Shown here piece by piece: positions 58,088 to 64,000 of a stretch of 64,000 bases of DNA. The stretch lies in NCBI RefSeq assembly GCF_009914755.1, contig NC_060930.1. One strand, given 5' to 3'. The translations under genes and the position numbers were made by a program. The DNA is from the human T2T-CHM13v2.0 reference genome, Homo sapiens. Position 1 is the first letter of the stretch; every line of letters starts with the position of its first letter. The notes beneath the pieces are model-generated. The model saw nothing but the letters and a program-made list of their open reading frames with translations, was not told where the DNA came from and did not search any database.

Positions 58088-58670
58088 GTAGGTGCTTTCC
58101 TGGGGGCAGGGGAAAAACCAATTCTCCTTTTCTTTTTATCTCCCTGCTAAAAGTGGTCTAGAAACGAAAATAACTCTTTTTATTCTTCTGGAGGCAATAT
58201 TAAATGAAAACATCCTTTAGCAACATTTTATATAAATCTATACTAAGATTGATTGTCCATTTAAAATTGTATTTTCAAAATTCTGTGTGTATATAAAAAT
58301 CATCCCAGGGCTATTAAGCGGCGTCTAAAGGAGAGACCGAAAAAAACCAAAATGAGTTTTTAAAAAAGGTGAATGCTGCCGGCATGAAGTCATTCTGCCA
58401 GCTTTATAAAACAGAGACAGTTATAGTGTTTGTCCTAATTTCAGGCACAAAATCTACCTTTTAAATCACTGGCAAGTGGAAATAAAGTTTTTAGTGTCAG
58501 GCAGGGACCTCTTTCCCACCACATTATTTTTTGTTGCTGTTACTTAAACCATGTTAGTTACCTTGGGCTCTCCCCCACTTCATTCATAATCACTGGTAAT
58601 TTACACTTTTAGTTTTGGCCTTGGCTTTGTTCCAGAATCTCCTAGAGAGGAGAGTGTGCCCTTTTCTTCG

Positions 58671-58984
58671 TTTTTTTTTTTGTTTTTTGTTTTTTTTTTT
58701 TTGAGACTGAGTTTCACTCTGTCAGCTGGACTGGAGTGCAGTGGCTCAATCCCAGGTCACTGCAACCTCCGCCTCCCAGGTTCGAGCAAATATCCTGCCT
58801 CAGCCACCTGAGTAGCTGGGACTACAGGCGCGCACCCCCATGATGAGCCAATTTTTGTATTTTCAGTAGAAATGTGATTTCACCTTGTTGGCCAGGCTGG
58901 TCTTGAACTCCCAACCTCAGGTGATTCATCCACCTTGGCCTCCTAAAGTGCTGGGATTACAGGTGTGAGCCACCACACCTGGCC
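58671..58984 (-). mobile_element. Alu with TSD
   Basis: TSD gagtgtgcccttt. Confidence 0.93.
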
Positions 58985-59175
58985 GAGTGTGCCCTTTAAA
59001 AAGGTGTAAGCAATCACCATTGCTTAATTTGCTTTTAGTCAGCATGTTTAACTTCTTTGGAATTCTCAAATAATATTTAAGGGGGCATGAGTTAAAAGGT
59101 CGAGAACTACTGTTGTAGAATGATACTGCTACAAATGCTTTCTTTTTTTTTATTTTAGAAAAATAACTAAAACTA

Positions 59176-59483
59176 GGCCGGGCGCGGTGGCTCACGCCTG
59201 TAATCCCAGCACTTTGGGAGGCCGAGGCGGGTGGATCACGAGGACAGGAGATCGAGACCATGCTGGCTAACACGGTGAAACCCCGTCTCTACTAAAAATT
59301 CAAAAAATTAGCCGGGCGTGATGGTGGGTGACTGTAGTCCCAGCTACTCAGGAGGCTGAGGCAGGAGAATGGCTGAGCCCGGGAGGTGGAGCTCGCAGTG
59401 AGCCAAGATTGCACCACTGCACTCCAGCCTGGGTGACAGAGCAAGACTCCGTCTCAAAAAAAGAAAAAAGAAAGAAAGAAAAA
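59176..59483 (+). mobile_element. AluY-like with TSD
   Basis: ggatcacgagg, ggctaacacggtg, gagaatggc; TSD agaaaaataactaaaacta. Confidence 0.93.
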
Positions 59484-59494
59484 TAACTAAAACT

Positions 59495-60266
<772 letters not shown>

Positions 60267-60499
60267 TCTAGAGATGTAGATGTTAGTAGAGGTGTGAAAT
60301 CTACCTACAGTCCCGGCTTAACACTTTCTTGGTCATGGCCCCATTGAGATTTTGATGTCTTTGGATCATCTACCCTGAGAAATGTAAGTACACATGAGAC
60401 TTTGCATATGATCTCAGGGTCTCACTGGTCCCCATCCAAACTATCCACAGACCCCAGATCACCACCCCTGCTAGGAAGGTGAGCATGAAAACCTGGGAC

Positions 60500-60926
60500 T
60501 GCTGGGTGCGGTGGCTCACGCCTATAATCCCAGCACTTTGAGAGGCTGGGGTGGGAGGACTGCTTGAATCCAGGAGTTCGAGACAAGTCTGGGCAACACA
60601 ATGAGACCCTCTCTCTACAAAAATTTTAAAATTAGCTGGGCGTGGTGGTTCACACCAGTAGTCCCAGCTACTTGGGAGGCTGAGGTAAGAAGACGGCATG
60701 AGCCCAGGAGTTCCAGCAACATAGTGAGACCTCATCTCTACTAAAAATTTTAAAAATTGGCTGGGCGTGGCAGTGCTCACCCGTAATCCCAGCTACTCAG
60801 GAGGCTGAAATGGGAGAATTGCTCGAGCCTGGGAGGTTGAGACTGCAGTGAGCCGTGATCATGCTGCTGCACTCAGGCCTGGGTGGCAGAGCGAGAGCCC
60901 ATCTTAAAAAAGAAAAAAGAAAAAAA
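60500..60926 (+). mobile_element. Three-monomer Alu (J-type)
   Basis: Three consecutive monomers bracketed by aaaaSctgggactg. Confidence 0.85.
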
Positions 60927-61066
60927 GCTGGGACTGAATCTAGCTGATTACTCCTGAAATACACTGAATTAGTAAATGACACTTAGGATGTAGACTGTCT
61001 AAGGACGAAATCATGCAGTGAATTGCCTTGTCCTTTACACTTCAGCCATGTGGTTTTATGTTTCAG

Positions 61067-61245
61067 GTGCCTCCGAAGAAGCCCTAAGTGCCGTGGCCCC
61101 AAGGGACCTTGAAGCATCCTCTGAACCAGAGCCCACACCGGGGGCAGCCAAACCAGAGACCCCACAGGCGCCCCCACTCCTTCCCCGTCGGCCCCCACCC
61201 AGAGTTCCTGCCATCAAGAAGCCAACCTTGAGAAGGACAGGAAAG
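61067..61245 (+). CDS. SYNJ2: SYNJ2 exon 26
   Basis: gtttcag|GT; AAG|gtaaaa; 179 nt; [14 protein letters not shown]...[18 protein letters not shown]. Confidence 0.95.
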
Positions 61246-61313
61246 GTAAAAGCCTGGTAACATAAAACCTCTTACTCCTAAGTTGCTCACATGTCTCGAT
61301 AGATAAGAATTGT

Positions 61314-61606
<293 letters not shown>

Positions 61607-62030
61607 CAGATTTGCGTCTCACAGATAAAAATCTAGTTCCCTATGGACATCCTCACGTTCATGAGTCCCAGACACAGGTGTGTCTTTGGGGAAAGTTTTG
61701 ACAACTGCTTCTTCCCTCATATCCTACTGTGTCTTGGCTCTGGCTGAGAAGAACGAGGAGTCCACTGTCTGGCACATTGTCAGTGTGACAAGAACAGCTT
61801 GGAGGTATTATGCTTCCTAAGTGTTTTGAGTCCCCAAAGGGAACCATAGTGGGATGCTTTTCCCCACATGTTCTGGTACCGCCCATTTGCGTGTGGTCTG
61901 TGTTGTGTGCACATGGTTTCAAGGCATTAGGAAAACAGTAACCGATTCCCAGATTCGCCATGTTCACATGCTCTCGTGCGGCCTCAGCCTACGAGAGGTT
62001 CCACAGCTTTTCTTGCCACTTTTCTTGCAG

Positions 62031-62153
62031 ATTGTTTTTTGCTCTCGCTCTCAAGCTTCTCAGCCTTGCTTACTGCTTCAAAGACATGAGTTTGTAAGGA
62101 CAGTAGCAGCCCAAAGACTGGCATCTGTAGACACATCTGGATCTTCCGTTTGA
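62031..62153 (+). CDS. SYNJ2: SYNJ2 alternative terminal exon, synaptojanin-2A C-terminus with PDZ-binding motif
   Basis: Strong acceptor ttttcttgcag|ATT in phase 0 with the exon 26 donor; IVFCSRSQASQPCLLLQRHEFVRTVAAQRLASVDTSGSSV*; class I PDZ ligand S-S-V. Confidence 0.88.
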   Translation: MVFCSRSQASQPCLLLQRHEFVRTVAAQRLASVDTSGSSV

Positions 62154-62376
62154 TCTCAGTGTTCTAGTAACGGACCCTCGGTAATCCCTTCCTGGTCATC
62201 ACAGCACGATGCTGCTTCCCCCCTAGAGAGTGTGAGGGGGGCTTCGGCTTCACTCTTGACAGCGCTTGCTTTGTATTTCCTGGGTTGCTCTTCTGTCCCA
62301 CATTGGCTCATTGCCATCTGTCCCTTGTCCATGCTTCCTTACAAAGTGGACCTTTTTCCTCCGCCTCTTCCCTGTT

Positions 62377-62709
62377 CAGATGCTCCTCGACTTAAAATGG
62401 GGTTACATCCCAATAAACCCATCGTAAGTTGAAAAATAGCGTGTCAAAACTGCATCTCATACACCTAACCTAGCAAACGTCATGGTCTCGCTGACCTTGA
62501 ACACACTCAGAACACATACATTAGCCTACGGCTGGGCAAAAAAAAAAAAAAAAAAAAAACACCCATCCAACACAGCCTATTTTATAATAATAAAAATAAA
62601 AGATCAAACTTCAAAATTCAAAGTATGCTTTCTACGGAACATTAGCGCTTGTGCACTAGGGTGAAGTGGAAAATCCTCAGTGGAACCATTGTAAGTCGGG
62701 GACCACCTG
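62377..62709 (+). mobile_element. TcMar-Tigger non-autonomous element (MER47/Tigger5-like)
   Basis: Imperfect TIRs cagatgctcctcgactta / taagtcggggaccacctg. Confidence 0.75.
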
Positions 62710-62978
62710 CTTTGTCTTTTCTTGTAAAAGCCAGGAGCAGAAATAGATTCATTTTCCCAACCTGCTGCACAGGAGTTAAAGTTAAAAGGCTGTTGGAAAA
62801 GAGACTTTCTTTTTTTTTAGTTTGTTTTCTAAAGAACCAAAGAAACACTGAAACGCCAATGTTTAACTAGTCTACTGATCACCTTTTCTGAACAAAAGCT
62901 TCATTTTGCCTGTGCAGTTGTTTTCTTTGTGATAGATTTGAACCAGAACCAAGGCAGTGTCAAGGTTTCCATTCTTTA

Positions 62979-63306
<328 letters not shown>

Positions 63307-63758
63307 TCAAGGAGAAAGTATATCCATTAGTCCTTCAGTTAGCTTATGTTGTAACACAAGTTACTTCACCCTAGCATGATACAGACCATGAATCAGCCCA
63401 GGTTGCAACTTCAAAGAGTGTTTTCAGAGAGGTTTGCTTTCAATAAAGGAAGAGCATCACCCCATTTCCTAAAGGACAAAGAAAAGTTTGTCTGATTATT
63501 TACTGTGGCCCTGGTTTTAAATTTTCCACTCGTTTTCATTGGACCTGCTGGTGTGACCTGATAAATGTGTGTTTCTCCTGTGCTTTTTCTTTTTCTTACC
63601 TGGTCACATTTCTGGCACCCCACACATTCTCAAATCTCGAATTTGCTAGAATGTCAGCTTGGTCTCATCTCTGTTCTCTGCTGGCCACTCTGTTCTCTGA
63701 TCCTCAGCTGCCTAGTTATTGGCTTCTTATTTACACTCTTTGTCCCACCTTTTCTCAG

Positions 63759-64000
63759 CCCCTGTCACCGGAAGAACAGTTTGAGCAACAGACTGTCCAT
63801 TTTACAATCGGGCCCCCGGAGACAAGCGTTGAGGCCCCTCCTGTCGTGACAGCCCCTCGAGTCCCTCCTGTTCCCAAACCAAGAACATTTCAGCCTGGGA
63901 AAGCTGCAGAGAGGCCAAGCCACAGGAAGCCAGCATCAGACGAAGCCCCTCCTGGGGCAGGAGCCTCTGTGCCACCACCTCTGGAGGCGCCGCCTCTTGT
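63759..64000 (+). CDS. SYNJ2: SYNJ2 last exon (exon 27, 2B isoforms), truncated by window end
   Basis: ttttctcag|CCC, phase 0; [47 protein letters not shown]... stays open to the window end. Confidence 0.95.

Noticed and set aside
61246-61260. Read-through of the exon 26 donor giving ...GKVKAW*
   Set aside because: No canonical poly(A) signal nearby, and the donor is consensus; no sequence support for a real isoform

Overview
Primate, most likely human, genomic DNA covering most of SYNJ2 (synaptojanin-2) on the + strand. I traced 24 GT-AG coding exons whose phases join into one continuous reading frame. By my recollection of the canonical 27-exon gene these are exons 4-27, so the numbering is inferred, and exon 27 runs off the window end. 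They encode the SAC1 phosphatase domain (CLDCLDRT), the inositol 5-phosphatase domain ([14 protein letters not shown]), an RRM-like domain and the proline-rich tail. An alternative last exon at 62031-62153 encodes the synaptojanin-2A C-terminus ending in ...GSSV. The introns hold about 33 Alu loci, a 5'-inverted L1, MaLR LTRs, DNA transposon fossils, MIR/L2, a 20-bp minisatellite and simple repeats. Almost all other ORFs in the supplied track are Alu, L1 or low-complexity artefacts. I found no convincing new protein-coding system. The most interesting unexplained structure is a set of local duplications and repeats that copy splice signals: a duplicated exon-8 donor, a duplicated exon-19 branch point and acceptor, and a 20-copy CAG|GT array. 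Also notable are an in-frame 75-nt hairpin intron, a duplicated AP-1 module and transposon-borne poly(A) signals behind the 2A exon. Repeat family names come from memory of consensus sequences, and repeat boundaries are approximate.
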